Position numbers and translations under genes: made by a program. Positions 34,655-46,600 of a stretch of DNA of 64,000 bases are shown in pieces (position 1 is the first letter of the stretch; every line of letters starts with the position of its first letter). A model generated the notes under the pieces. The model made no database searches. It was not told the origin of the DNA and saw only the letters and a list, made by a program, of their open reading frames with translations. This stretch comes from Eledone cirrhosa (lineage: Eukaryota): contig OZ024755.1 in NCBI GenBank assembly GCA_964016885.1, positions 42,594,001 through 42,658,000 of the forward strand, read 5' to 3'.

Positions 34655-37147
34655 ATGCTAACAAAGACATACTTACCCATTTCCTTGAAGAATATTCCCC
34701 CCCCCCCCCCTAAAATCTCGTATGAGAAATCATTGATAACTAGCATAAACTCATTCGTAAAACGTGTTCGGTGGCGTGCGTTCCACTTTGATAGGAGGTA
34801 TGATAGCCCTGAGGAGAGGCGTAGTTTTAATAATTATGGATTTAAGACCTATAGGAGCCCCCCGCATAATAGCCTGTTGGATAACTTCGAAAGTGAGCTA
34901 TTATCCCTTGTTAGGAATATTAGATATAAAAAGTCTAGATGTACCAATAAATTTCAGAGTAAACTAAGTTCAATCGTTAGGGACTTTAGGGATAATAAAT
35001 CCATTCTGGTCCCCTCTGACAAAACTAAAAACTTATATAGTATGGATTATAAAACCTATCGAGGCTTCATTTATAATGAACTACATAGGAACTACAAAAA
35101 AACAACGCAGAGTAATTTAGATAATATTAATCTGGAGGGGTATAACATAGTGGTAAAATTAGGTCTGGATAAACACACTCAGCCTTATTACCCCAAGCAG
35201 CCTAGATTCACCCTCAAGGACCACAAGGAAGATTTTATTAGCAGACCCTCGGTTAGGCTTATCTGCCCCTCCAAGTCTGACCTGGGGATTATTAGTAAGG
35301 GAATCTTGGATAGCGTTATTCCCATGGTTAGAGAAAAAACTTTCCTTGAGCTTTGGGGTAACACTAGTGAGGTCATTACATGGTTCTCTACTGATTGTGG
35401 TCGTGACTCACTAAAATTCATCCAATTTGATATTGATGCTTATTATACATCTATATCTCCTATTATCCTCAATAAGGCCCTCATCCTAGCCATGCGGAGG
35501 GGGGCAATTACTAGGCCACAGATAGATATTGTTCTCGCTGCACGTAAAACCATTATCATGTTTGAGGATAATCTATGGACGAGAAAAAACACACCTGATA
35601 ATTTTGACATCACTATGGGGTCGAGTGACTCTGCTCAAGTCACCGACTTAGTTGGACTATACCTCCTCAATGAACTGCATAGTAACTTCCCTTTCCTTAG
35701 GGGTGGGTTGTACCGAGATGACGCCCTACTCTCCATAGATACTAGTAAGTATAATATAGAGCGCATTAGGAAAAAGCTGCATAGCTTTTTTAAAACTTTT
35801 AACCTATCCATTACAATGGATGTAAATGATAGAACTGTGAACTTCCTAGATGTTACACTGGACTTGGATAACCATACGTACACACCGTACCATAAGCCCA
35901 ATGAATTGCTGACTTACGTGAATACCTACTCCAACCACCCTAGGTCTGTCATCAGCGGTATACTGAAGGGCGTATCTAATAGAATAAGTTCACTCTCACA
36001 TAGTGAGGAGGCGTTTGACTCGCAGGCTGATTACTATAACGACGCCTTAGCTAGATCCGGCTTTAGGGACAAATTGTATTACACCCAGGGAAATAATGGT
36101 CCTAATAGTAGCTCTACCAGTGTTGTTATAACACATAATATGTCCATTGGTAATCGAGGTGTCGCGAATGGGAGGGTTCTAAATGCCGGTGGAATGAAAC
36201 AGCAGGGCACCATTAGTCTAAGTAATAACAATAGAGGTGTCGTGAACGGGAGGTTTCTAGATGCCGGTGGAATGAACCAGCAGGGCACCATTAGTCTAAG
36301 TAATAGCAATGGTGGGCCTCGCAGCTCCCCGCATAGACTAGGTGAGCATAGGAACCGTAGAAATAATAATGCTAATAATACTGATGGAAATAGAAAGAAT
36401 AAAAAGAATAAAAGAAGATTGAATACATACTTCAACCCCCCTTTTAATTCTGAAGTGGCTACAAATATTCCTAGGGCCTTCTTCTCTGTGCTAGAACGGA
36501 ACTTCCCTCCTGGTAATAGGTACCACTCTATCCTCAATAAGAATGTTGTTAAACTTTCGTATTCTACAACCCAAAATCTGGCCTCTCATCTGGCCATTAC
36601 TAATAATAAGAAAATAAAGGAAGGCCTGGACAACCTAAGCCTAGGGGAAAACACGGTAGTGGATAGAGTGGGCAGTAACACTGGTGGTGATCTTTCTGAG
36701 AATAGCATCACCAGAGGTTGTAACTGTAGAAGGGCTTCGGGCTGCCCCCTGAATGGTTTCTGCCTTGTTAGAAACATAGTTTATGCGTGTGATGTGGTAA
36801 CTACGGCGTCCACTATGACCTATATAGGATCAACTTCCACCCCCTTTAAGACCAGGTTTAACTCTCATCAATGCACTTTTAGACATAATAAACTGAAGAA
36901 CTCCACCTCCTTGGCAGCGTACGTCCATAATTTAAAAAATGCACGAACACCTTACACACTTACTTGGCGGCAGGTTGCTAAATCCCATCCATATACTCCT
37001 CATAGTAGAGTATGCAACCTGTGCCTTGCCGAATCCCACTCTATTATATTTGCTAAATGCCCTCTACTAAATAGAAAGTCTGAAATTTTTTCCTCTTGCC
37101 CCCACCGAATATTAAGCTCTTTCTTCTACTTTAAACCTGTTAGCTAG
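34655..37147 (+). CDS. Intact Penelope-like RT + C-terminal GIY-YIG endonuclease (830 aa from first ATG)
   Basis: SLKNIP, PSDKT, LKDHK, FDIDAYYTSI, MGSSDSA, LYRDD, VNFLDV, SNHP, YFNPPF, CNCx5Cx5C, IVY..YIGST..FKTRFNSH, CNLCLAE, LLNRKSE; no internal stop. Confidence 0.95.
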   Translation: MLTKTYLPISLKNIPPPPPKISYEKSLITSINSFVKRVRWRAFHFDRRYDSPEERRSFNNYGFKTYRSPPHNSLLDNFESELLSLVRNIRYKKSRCTNKFQSKLSSIVRDFRDNKSILVPSDKTKNLYSMDYKTYRGFIYNELHRNYKKTTQSNLDNINLEGYNIVVKLGLDKHTQPYYPKQPRFTLKDHKEDFISRPSVRLICPSKSDLGIISKGILDSVIPMVREKTFLELWGNTSEVITWFSTDCGRDSLKFIQFDIDAYYTSISPIILNKALILAMRRGAITRPQIDIVLAARKTIIMFEDNLWTRKNTPDNFDITMGSSDSAQVTDLVGLYLLNELHSNFPFLRGGLYRDDALLSIDTSKYNIERIRKKLHSFFKTFNLSITMDVNDRTVNFLDVTLDLDNHTYTPYHKPNELLTYVNTYSNHPRSVISGILKGVSNRISSLSHSEEAFDSQADYYNDALARSGFRDKLYYTQGNNGPNSSSTSVVITHNMSIGNRGVANGRVLNAGGMKQQGTISLSNNNRGVVNGRFLDAGGMNQQGTISLSNSNGGPRSSPHRLGEHRNRRNNNANNTDGNRKNKKNKRRLNTYFNPPFNSEVATNIPRAFFSVLERNFPPGNRYHSILNKNVVKLSYSTTQNLASHLAITNNKKIKEGLDNLSLGENTVVDRVGSNTGGDLSENSITRGCNCRRASGCPLNGFCLVRNIVYACDVVTTASTMTYIGSTSTPFKTRFNSHQCTFRHNKLKNSTSLAAYVHNLKNARTPYTLTWRQVAKSHPYTPHSRVCNLCLAESHSIIFAKCPLLNRKSEIFSSCPHRILSSFFYFKPVS

Positions 37148-39339
37148 CACGTCCTTATTCCTCCAGTTGGGCTGTCTTGTGTAACTGTCTCTGACTGAGT
37201 GTAACTGTCTCCTAATGTTGGTCGTCTATGTATACGAGTCTGTGAATGTATACGTATGCCTGTGGGAGGATATTGATCTTGATATTGGGGTGTGCAGGGG
37301 AGTGTATGTTAATAAGCACACCTGTTTGGTACAGTGGATGTAACCCATCCACGCTGGCCTACCCACCATTAGTGCATTGGTGGACCTATCCTGACGTATA
37401 TCTTGTTGATCTGTACCTCTGTATGCGCATGAGTTGTGATGTAATGTATTTATGTAAAGCGTGTACTGTGATTTAGGCTGCACTAGTAGAAATTTAGCCT
37501 GTAACTGTGGCGGACCCGTGCCATCCTGCCGCAAGCAGTGGATACGTGGCGCATATATGTGTTGCCCTCATATTCTGTGGTTCAAGATCTACAGGCTGAC
37601 CTCTGGGAGCTCTTACCCGGGGTTGTAGTCTTTCTAGCACGATCGGCCTTCCTTATATTGACGGTCGTTTTTATGATCCCGAAAGTAACGTTTTGGCCCC
37701 GATGGCCCTCCGTAGTTACTAACGGTCTGTGTACACTCGAATCGGTCAATGGCACGTGCAGACATGAATATCTCCGTAGGATTTCAACTTTATTTTAATA
37801 CATCTCATCGTATGTATTTGTTTTGAATATATTACCTGTGGTGGTGGGTCTGGTCTAATGTGGTATTTCGGTGTTTAATATCGTATTTAATATCGTATTT
37901 AATATCGGCTTTGACCCGGGTGTCCTACGCTGTGTGTGTGTGCGTGTGTGCCCGTGTATACATTTATATGTGTATGGGTGTAGGTGGTTATATGTGTCTG
38001 TGTGTATATATAAAAAAAAATATATATATATATATGTATACCGTCTCTGCATATGCATGTGGTGTGTATACGTGCATATACGTGCTGAACATATTGATGT
38101 GTACAATCTTGTGATGTCCCAATGCGGTGACTTAATGGCTCTTGAAGCTATTTTTTTTATATATCTTCTGTCTTTTTATATATATTTTGTATGCGCTACA
38201 ACTGTGTCTGCTTGCTTTAACCTCACCTCGCTTGCTAATGCATGTGAATTCTTCTACCTCCTTTGATGCACCTCTCTGACCATTTGACTCCTGCCCGTGT
38301 GTGAACCGGTTTGTGATTACCCCACCGCTCAACTGTGTGAATGCACACCCATGACTTTCGAGTGAACTTTCGAGACTGCCCAACCTGGGACGCCTCCATT
38401 GCCTTGCAATGGTCAAGTGATACTGGTGACTGTGACACTTAGTGCCTTCGTGGGCCCCTGATGTTTTCAAGAAATATATTTTAAAAAATTGGTCAAGTGA
38501 TACACATAACTGTGACATTTAGTGCCTTCGTGGGCCCCTGATATATTCAAGAGATATATTCTAAAAAAATATATATCTTATCTCAATTTACTTTATTTCA
38601 TTTTATTTTATTTCATTTCATGTTATCTAATTTTATTTATTTACTTACTTGACTCCATTTATTTATTTATTTATTTATTTATATTTAAATTTAGATTTTA
38701 ATTTTAAAATTTTAAAATTTAAATTTAAATTTTATTTATTTATTTAATTTTTATTTATTTATTTATTTATTTATTTAATTACATTTAATTACATTTAATT
38801 ATACATATAATTATACATTTAATTTTAATTATATCTTATATTATATTATTTTAATTTAGTCTGTTATTTGATTTTAGTTTACCTTATTTTATCTTATTTT
38901 ACGATTATACTATATTATGTTCTATGTATATAATTTTTAATTTTTAATTTTATATTATTTTATCTCATTCCTTACCCTATATTTTATATGTAAGTTTGTT
39001 ATGTATTTCTTTGTATTTCTTTTTATATATATTATAAGTCTGTTTTTTACCTATTTTTTACCTATTTTTTACCTACTCTTACCTAATCCCATTATCTTAT
39101 CTACTCTTGTCTGTTCTCTTATCCATGTGTCTACTCTTGCCTGTTCTCTTATCCATGTGTATGCTTGTATGTAACTATATGTTGACAGCACACCGCCCAA
39201 CTGTGACTGATAGCACCCCTTATTTTTATTTTTATTTTTACTTTTATTTTTATTTTTATTCTTATCCTCTATCGTCTATTATTACCTTTCATTCTTCAAT
39301 GTCTTGGATTTGTTATTGCTTGTATGGTATGTAATTAAC

Positions 39340-39397
39340 CTTTATGCTCTGATGAGTCCCACTTATAGTGCGGATGAAACAATGTTAGCAAGTAAAG
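39340..39397 (+). ncRNA. Hammerhead ribozyme, copy 3
   Basis: Identical to 34391-34448; 44 nt before the element end. Confidence 0.85.
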
Positions 39398-39496
39398 ATA
39401 TGCATATGCTATAAGCGTTCTTTGTTATTTATTTATTATATATACATATATATACATATATATATATCAAGATAAGCAGATATACATATATGTATA

Positions 39497-42400
39497 CTAG
39501 CTGAGCTACCCAGTGATACCCGGGTATTTTATGAAAGTTACAATATATTTGGCATACATTACAAAATATTTGACCATTCAAATATGATTGCTGAATTTTA
39601 ACCAAATTATTGCCAGTTCGTCAAAGTAAATCATCTAGATAAAAATATTGGTTTTTTCCAGTGGTGATTTTTTGAATACTGCTCCCCATTACAGTCAGCA
39701 TATATATAATGCTTTACTCATAGATGAATCATTAGGTATTTTGTCAGTGAAAAGGGCATGACCCAAAAAAATACATTTAGATTTTTCTTATTTATCCTTT
39801 ACTTTTTTTTTTTTTTTTTGTGCTCAATCTGAACCTCTGAAATAAAAAAAAAAACATAAATAAAATAAGAAAATAAATTTACCATTGGTTTATGATTGAA
39901 TGAAGCATTTACTTACTCATTTCTGTAATTCGGGGAAAGTGTATTTAAATTTGTACACTGTGGCTTTCACCAATCGTTGCCTCTATGGCAGTAGGATCTT
40001 GTTTGAGGGAGATTTTTTTTCTATTTCTATTAACTATACCAACAGTTATAGTGGCTCAAATGACATACATAGATACATACACACATATGTATGTGTGTAA
40101 GACAGTTGTTTGTGATTTGAAATGGATTTTGCTAATATTTCTAGTAGATCGAGTTATCACAGAGAACCAATCCTTTTTGCTTCATACATATATACATACC
40201 TAAGGTGGGATTTGAAGGAAATTTGGCTGCTATTTCTACCCAACAAAGTCCTCACTTATACTACTTTATATAGCAGAGGTACCCGGGAATGCCTGCATAT
40301 TCTTCCAAAGTAACACCATGCAGTAAATTTGCAGCTTCAGAATTCCATGCAAAGTACATGACTAAGGAATTAGGATCTGTGTGTATTGTCATTGAATGAG
40401 GAATTACGACATTGCTCATTCCAAAGCTTCTGGATAAACAACATTCTTGGTGCCACATTGAAGAGACAATCAGGGTTCCCAATCCTTGTTGTGCCAACAT
40501 AGAGTTGATCATGTGAAAAGACAGGATCTGCCAGATTCAACCCAGTGACTTTCTATGATTGCCCTTGAGATTTATTAATGGTCATGGCAAAACTGAGCCT
40601 GATTGGAAATTGAAGTCTTTGAAATTCAAATAGCAAATTAGTTGGCTTCAGAAGTATTCTGGGAATGAAACAATTGTCACCAGCAAATTTTCCTGACATG
40701 ATTGCAACTTCTAGAACGTTGGACATCATATTTTTGATGTCTTGTGCCATTACAAAGTTTTGGAGAATCCAGATTGCGAAGTAGCATAAGCGATGCTCCA
40801 AGCTTCAGTATCAGGTTGTGTGGAGGAATTCCTGCTTGTTCAAGGCTGTTCAAAAATTCAGTTGGATAGTTTACAACCTGGTCTTGAGAAGTGATTGTGT
40901 CAACTGATTTGTAGCATATTTTCCCTCCCGGTAACATCTCCAGCAGCCTTCTGTTGATTTCTTTCACAGCAACATTTTTAGGTGCTAAGATTGCTCGTTC
41001 ACAGAGCCATTTCGGATCACATTGCCTGGTCTGAATGTTTGTAAACACTCTGACAATCAGTTCTTGTTCTGTGTCAATGATATGGCCAAATGACAACTGA
41101 ATATGGTCATTGGAGTCCTTTTCAAGAAGTCCATTTCCCAATTTAAGTAGTTGGATGGCAAACTCACTGACATCTTCGTCACCAGTTAAGTGCACTCGCA
41201 TGTTGGTTGTAAGGCTCAGCAGCTGAAAGTGGGGCCAGAGATAGGATGTTTTCAGACAGGCATTGACCTAATCAGCTCAAATCCCTCGAAGAATTACAGG
41301 CAGAGTTTGTCTGAAATCACCAGCAAGAACCATTGTCACTCCTCCCATTATGCAACTATTTTCTCTCAGACCCCTTATCGTCCGGTCCAAAGCTTCAATT
41401 GCTCCTTTATGGCTCATAGTAGCTTCATCCCAAATTATCATCTTGCATGTTTGCAGAAGCTTGCCCTTGGGTGAGTTCTTCTTGATGTTGCAAAAAGATT
41501 GTTCATGCTGTGTGAGATCTATGGGCAGCTTAAACATGGAGTGCAGTTCTTCCCTCATCCAGAAGTGTTGCTGCAATGCCACTTGAAGCCACAGCAGGGG
41601 CAATGTGTTGCTTTTGGCGAACTTTTGCAAGCAGGAGGTTTATGAGGAATGACTTGCCTGTGCCAGCTGGAGCATCGATGAAGAAAAGTCCTCTCCTGTC
41701 ATTTTGAATATTTTTGATGATGTTGTGGTAGGAGTATTTCTGGTCATCCATCAATCGAGGTTCATTTTCATCCACAAACTTACGAAATGCTTGCATATCG
41801 TAGTTTGTCTCCTGAAAAATGTCTTGTGCTACCTCCATTTCTTCATCTGGCTCTGGCATCCCTCAGTTAGCTAATGTGCATTGCCTGAACTCGATGGGAC
41901 AGGTCACAGAGAGCTTGATTGTAAATCCTGGGGGGGTATATTCCATATACATATTGCCATGATGTCTTCAGGCTAGGTGTAGGTAGTTGTCCGACATATT
42001 GTTTTTGTACTCCTGCCAGAGTAGATGAGCTTCATCAATTCCACATGCTGTGAGTATAATAGCAAATAATTGTCTTCTTTGACTGGCTACTTGAATGATT
42101 GCTTCTTCTTCTAGGCACTTCTTCCAGTGTCCATTGTCATGCAGGAGTCCATGCTGTTTACATGCTTCTTGGTATGTTGCGCACTCCCTTCCTCTGAAGC
42201 ACCTAAGATCCTCAAATGACGTTGGCCCTCGAACAGTATGCAGAAGTAGCCATAAATAAAAACATTCTCTGTTGTTGGGATGGACATTGTAAACACGCCC
42301 AATAGCATCACTTGATTTGACTTCATGATCTTCCACTAAATGACTCTGCTTTCTTCGATTCCAGGTCTTGCAATTGGTCCAGGTGTAGTATGTTGGGACT

Positions 42401-42617
42401 TGAGCATATAGGAGGTATTGAGCAAATTCATCATTCTGGCTGAGTTTAAAGAAAGCAATTAGTGTAGTGTCATGTTATGCTTGTGCCAACTGATGAGCAG
42501 TGACCTCAGTGAAGTAAACTCTCTGTTCATTTTCCAGATGGACTGCGAGGTTGACCACTGTTGGGTGGCGTTGGTGGATATCAAATCCAAAGATTGGCCA
42601 GATAGCTTCATTGCATC
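39497..42617 (-). mobile_element. Decayed Helitron (Rep-helicase linker + Pif1 helicase) with 3' hairpin/CTAG ends
   Basis: VRGPTSFEDLR, DAPAGTGKSFL, IIWDEATM, GDFRQTLPV, RAILAPKN, LCNGTR, QFPIRLSFAMTINKSQGQS in shifted frames; ACCCGG..CTGGGT hairpin + CTAG at 39497-39525. Confidence 0.88.
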
Positions 42618-42843
42618 ATTAATAAATGAATATGTTCACATAATCAAAATATATATAACAGCACAGTACCTCCGAAAATATATATAACAGCACAGTACCT
42701 CCGAAAATATATATAACAGCACAGTACTTCCGAAGTATATATAACAGCACAGTACCTCCGAAATATATATAACAGCACAGTACCTCCGAAGTATATATAA
42801 TAAAACATATATTTTGATTATGTGAACGTATTCATTTATTAAT
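42618..42843. repeat. 37-bp inverted repeats enclosing five 28-29-bp tandem units
   Basis: 42618-42654 vs 42807-42843 (one mismatch); unit ACAGCACAGTACCTCCGAAAATATATATA. Confidence 0.85.
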
Positions 42844-43184
42844 ATTTTGAATAATATATATATATGTATATATATACATGTGTGTGTGTATGTTCATATA
42901 TGTGTATATATATATATACATACACATGAGTGTATGTTGATATGTGTATATATTAGCTGGAACAGGAAATTCAAGGAAACTCTGTTCCCTTTTCAGTGTA
43001 GAATGTAGGACAAAGGAAGGAAGTTGCCTGAGAAAAGGGAGTGCAGCTTTCGTTTCCGTCTCATTCTTACAAGACTTAACCTTTGTTGAGGTTTGTGGAG
43101 TGATTTTTCTTTTTCTTTCAGAACTACACAATACTTTAACAATAGTTCCCTCAACCACCATAACCACTTCACTCTTGCATCTCG

Positions 43185-43516
43185 TGTGTCTCTGTGTGTC
43201 TGTGCCGGTCTCTGTGTTTGTGTGTGTGTGTGTATCAGTGTTTGTGTGTATGTGTGAGTGTATCTGTTTCTGTGTGTGTGTGTGTGTGTGTGAGTATATC
43301 AGTGTTTCTGTGTGTGTGTGAGTGTATCAGTGTTTCTGCGTGTGAGTATATAAGTGTTTCTGTGTGTGTGTGTGTGTTTCTGTGTGTGTGTATCAGTGTT
43401 TCTGTGTGTGTGTGAGTGTATCAGTGTTTCTATGTGTGTATGTGTATCAGTGTTTCTGTGTGTGTGTGTGTATCAGTGTGTGTATCAGTGTTTCTATGTG
43501 TGTTTGTGTATGTATG

Positions 43517-43547
<31 letters not shown>

Positions 43548-43612
43548 ATCAGTGTTTCTGTGTGTGTGTGTGTGTGTGTATGTATCAGTGTGTATGTGTG
43601 TGTGTGTGTATC
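43185..43612. repeat. Compound (TG)n / TATCAGTGTTTC repeat
   Basis: Seen directly. Confidence 0.9.
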
Positions 43613-43669
43613 ATAAAATAGAGTTTATAAAATCACCCTGAAATACGTTTCTTTCAAAAGCTCCCCCCC

Positions 43670-46600
43670 ATACACACACCAATACAGCCCCCCCCCCTCT
43701 ACACCAATACAGGCCCCCATACATCAATACAGGCCCCCCTCTACACCAATACAGGCCCCCATACATCAATACAGGCCCCCCTCTACACCAATACAAACCC
43801 CCTCTACACCAATACTGCCCCCCCTCTACACCAATACTGCCCCCCCTCTCACACACACGAATACAGGCCCCCCTCTACACCAATACAACCCCCCCCTCTA
43901 CACCAATACAGGCCCCCCTCTACACCAATACAGGCCCCCTCTACACCAATACAGGCCCCCCTCTACACCAATACAACCCCCCCCCTCTACACCAATACAG
44001 GCCCCCCTCTACACCAATACAGGCCCCCTCTACACCAATACAGGCCCCCTCTACACCAATACAGGCCCCCCTCTACACCAATACAAACCCCCTCTACACC
44101 AATACAGGCCCCCCTCTACACCAATACAAACCCCCTCTACACCAATACAGGCCCCCTCTACACCAATACAAACCCCCTCTACACCAATACAAACCCCCTC
44201 TACACCAATACAAACCCCCTCTACACCAATACAAACCCCCTCTACACCAATACAAACCCCCTCTACACCAATACAAACCCCCTCTACACCAATACAAACC
44301 CCCTCTACACCAATACAGGCCCCCTCTACACCAATACAGGCCCCCTCTACACCAATACAGGCCCCCTCTACACCAATACAGGCCCCCCTCTACACCAATA
44401 CAAACCCCCTCTACACCAATACAGGCCCCCCTCTACACCAATACAAACCCCCTCTACACCAATACAGGCCCCCCTCTACACCAATACAGGCCCCCCTCTA
44501 CACCAATACAAACCCCCTCTACACCAATACAGGCCCCCTCTACACCAATACAAACCCCCTCTACACCAATACAGGCCCCCCTCTACACCAATACAAACCC
44601 CCTCTACACCAATACAGGCCCCCCTCTACACCAATACAAACCCCCTCTACACCAATACAGGCCCCCCTCTACACCAATACAAACCCCCTCTACACCAATA
44701 CAAACCCCCTCTACACCAATACAAACCCCCTCTACACCAATACAAACCCCCTCTACACCAATACAGGCCCCCTCTACACCAATACAAACCCCCTCTACAC
44801 CAATACAGGCCCCCTCTACACCAATACAAACCCCCTCTACACCAATACAGGCCCCCCTCTACACCAATACAAACCCCCTCTACACCAATACAGGCCCCCC
44901 TCTACACCAATACAAACCCCCTCTACACCAATACAGGCCCCCCTCTACACCAATACAAACCCCCTCTACACCAATACAAACCCCCTCTACACCAATACAA
45001 ACCCCCTCTACACCAATACAAACCCCCTCTACACCAATACAGGCCCCCTCTACACCAATACAAACCCCCTCTACACCAATACAGGCCCCCTCTACACCAA
45101 TACAAACCCCCTCTACACCAATACAAACCCCCTCTACACCAATACAAACCCCCTCTACACCAATACAAACCCCCTCTACACCAATACAAACCCCCTCTAC
45201 ACCAATACAGGCCCCCTCTACACCAATACAAACCCCCTCTACACCAATACAAACCCCCTCTACACCAATACAAACCCCCTCTACACCAATACAAACCCCC
45301 TCTACACCAATACAGGCCCCCCTCTACACCAATACAAACCCCCTCTACACCAATACAAACCCCCTCTACACCAATACAAACCCCCTCTACACCAATACAA
45401 ACCCCCTCTACACCAATACAAACCCCCTCTACACCAATACAAACCCCCTCTACACCAATACAGGCCCCCTCTACACCAATACAAACCCCCTCTACACCAA
45501 TACAGGCCCCCTCTACACCAATACAGGCCCCCTCTACACCAATACAAACCCCCTCTACACCAATACAAACCCCCTCTACACCAATACAAACCCCCTCTAC
45601 ACCAATACAAACCCCCTCTACACCAATACAGGCCCCCTCTACACCAATACAAACCCCCTCTACACCAATACAAACCCCCTCTACACCAATACAAACCCCC
45701 TCTACACCAATACAGGCCCCCTCTACACCAATACAGGCCCCCTCTACACCAATACAGGCCCCCCTCTACACCAATACAAACCCCCTCTACACCAATACAA
45801 ACCCCCTCTACACCAATACAAACCCCCTCTACACCAATACAAACCCCCTCTACACCAATACAGGCCCCCTCTACACCAATACAAACCCCCTCTACACCAA
45901 TACAGGCCCCCTCTACACCAATACAGGCCCCCTCTACACCAATACAGGCCCCCTCTACACCAATACAGGCCCCCTCTACACCAATACAAACCCCCTCTAC
46001 ACCAATACAAACCCCCTCTACACCAATACAGGCCCCCTCTACACCAATACAAACCCCCTCTACACCAATACAGGCCCCCTCTACACCAATACAGGCCCCC
46101 TCTACACCAATACAGGCCCCCCTCTACACCAATACAAACCCCCTCTACACCAATACAGGCCCCCCTCTACACCAATACAAACCCCCTCTACACCAATACA
46201 GGCCCCCTCTACACCAATACAGGCCCCCTCTACACCAATACAGGCCCCCCTCTACACCAATACAAACCCCCTCTACACCAATACAGGCCCCCCTCTACAC
46301 CAATACAAACCCCCTCTACACCAATACAGGCCCCCCTCTACACCAATACAAACCCCCTCTACACCAATACAAACCCCCTCTACACCAATACAGGCCCCCT
46401 CTACACCAATACAGGCCCCCCTCTACACCAATACAAACCCCCTCTACACCAATACAGGCCCCCCTCTACACCAATACAAACCCCCTCTACACCAATACAA
46501 ACCCCCTCTACACCAATACAGGCCCCCTCTACACCAATACAGGCCCCCTCTACACCAATACAGGCCCCCCTCTACACCAATACAAACCCCCTCTACACCA

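Larger units (their letters stand above)
27755..39441 (+). mobile_element. Young Penelope-like element: inverted partial + direct partial + full-length copy (unit ~4949 bp)
   Basis: 27755-31089 = reverse complement of 31291-34585; 31088-34492 repeats as 36045-39441; only scattered differences; TA-rich flanks. Confidence 0.97.
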
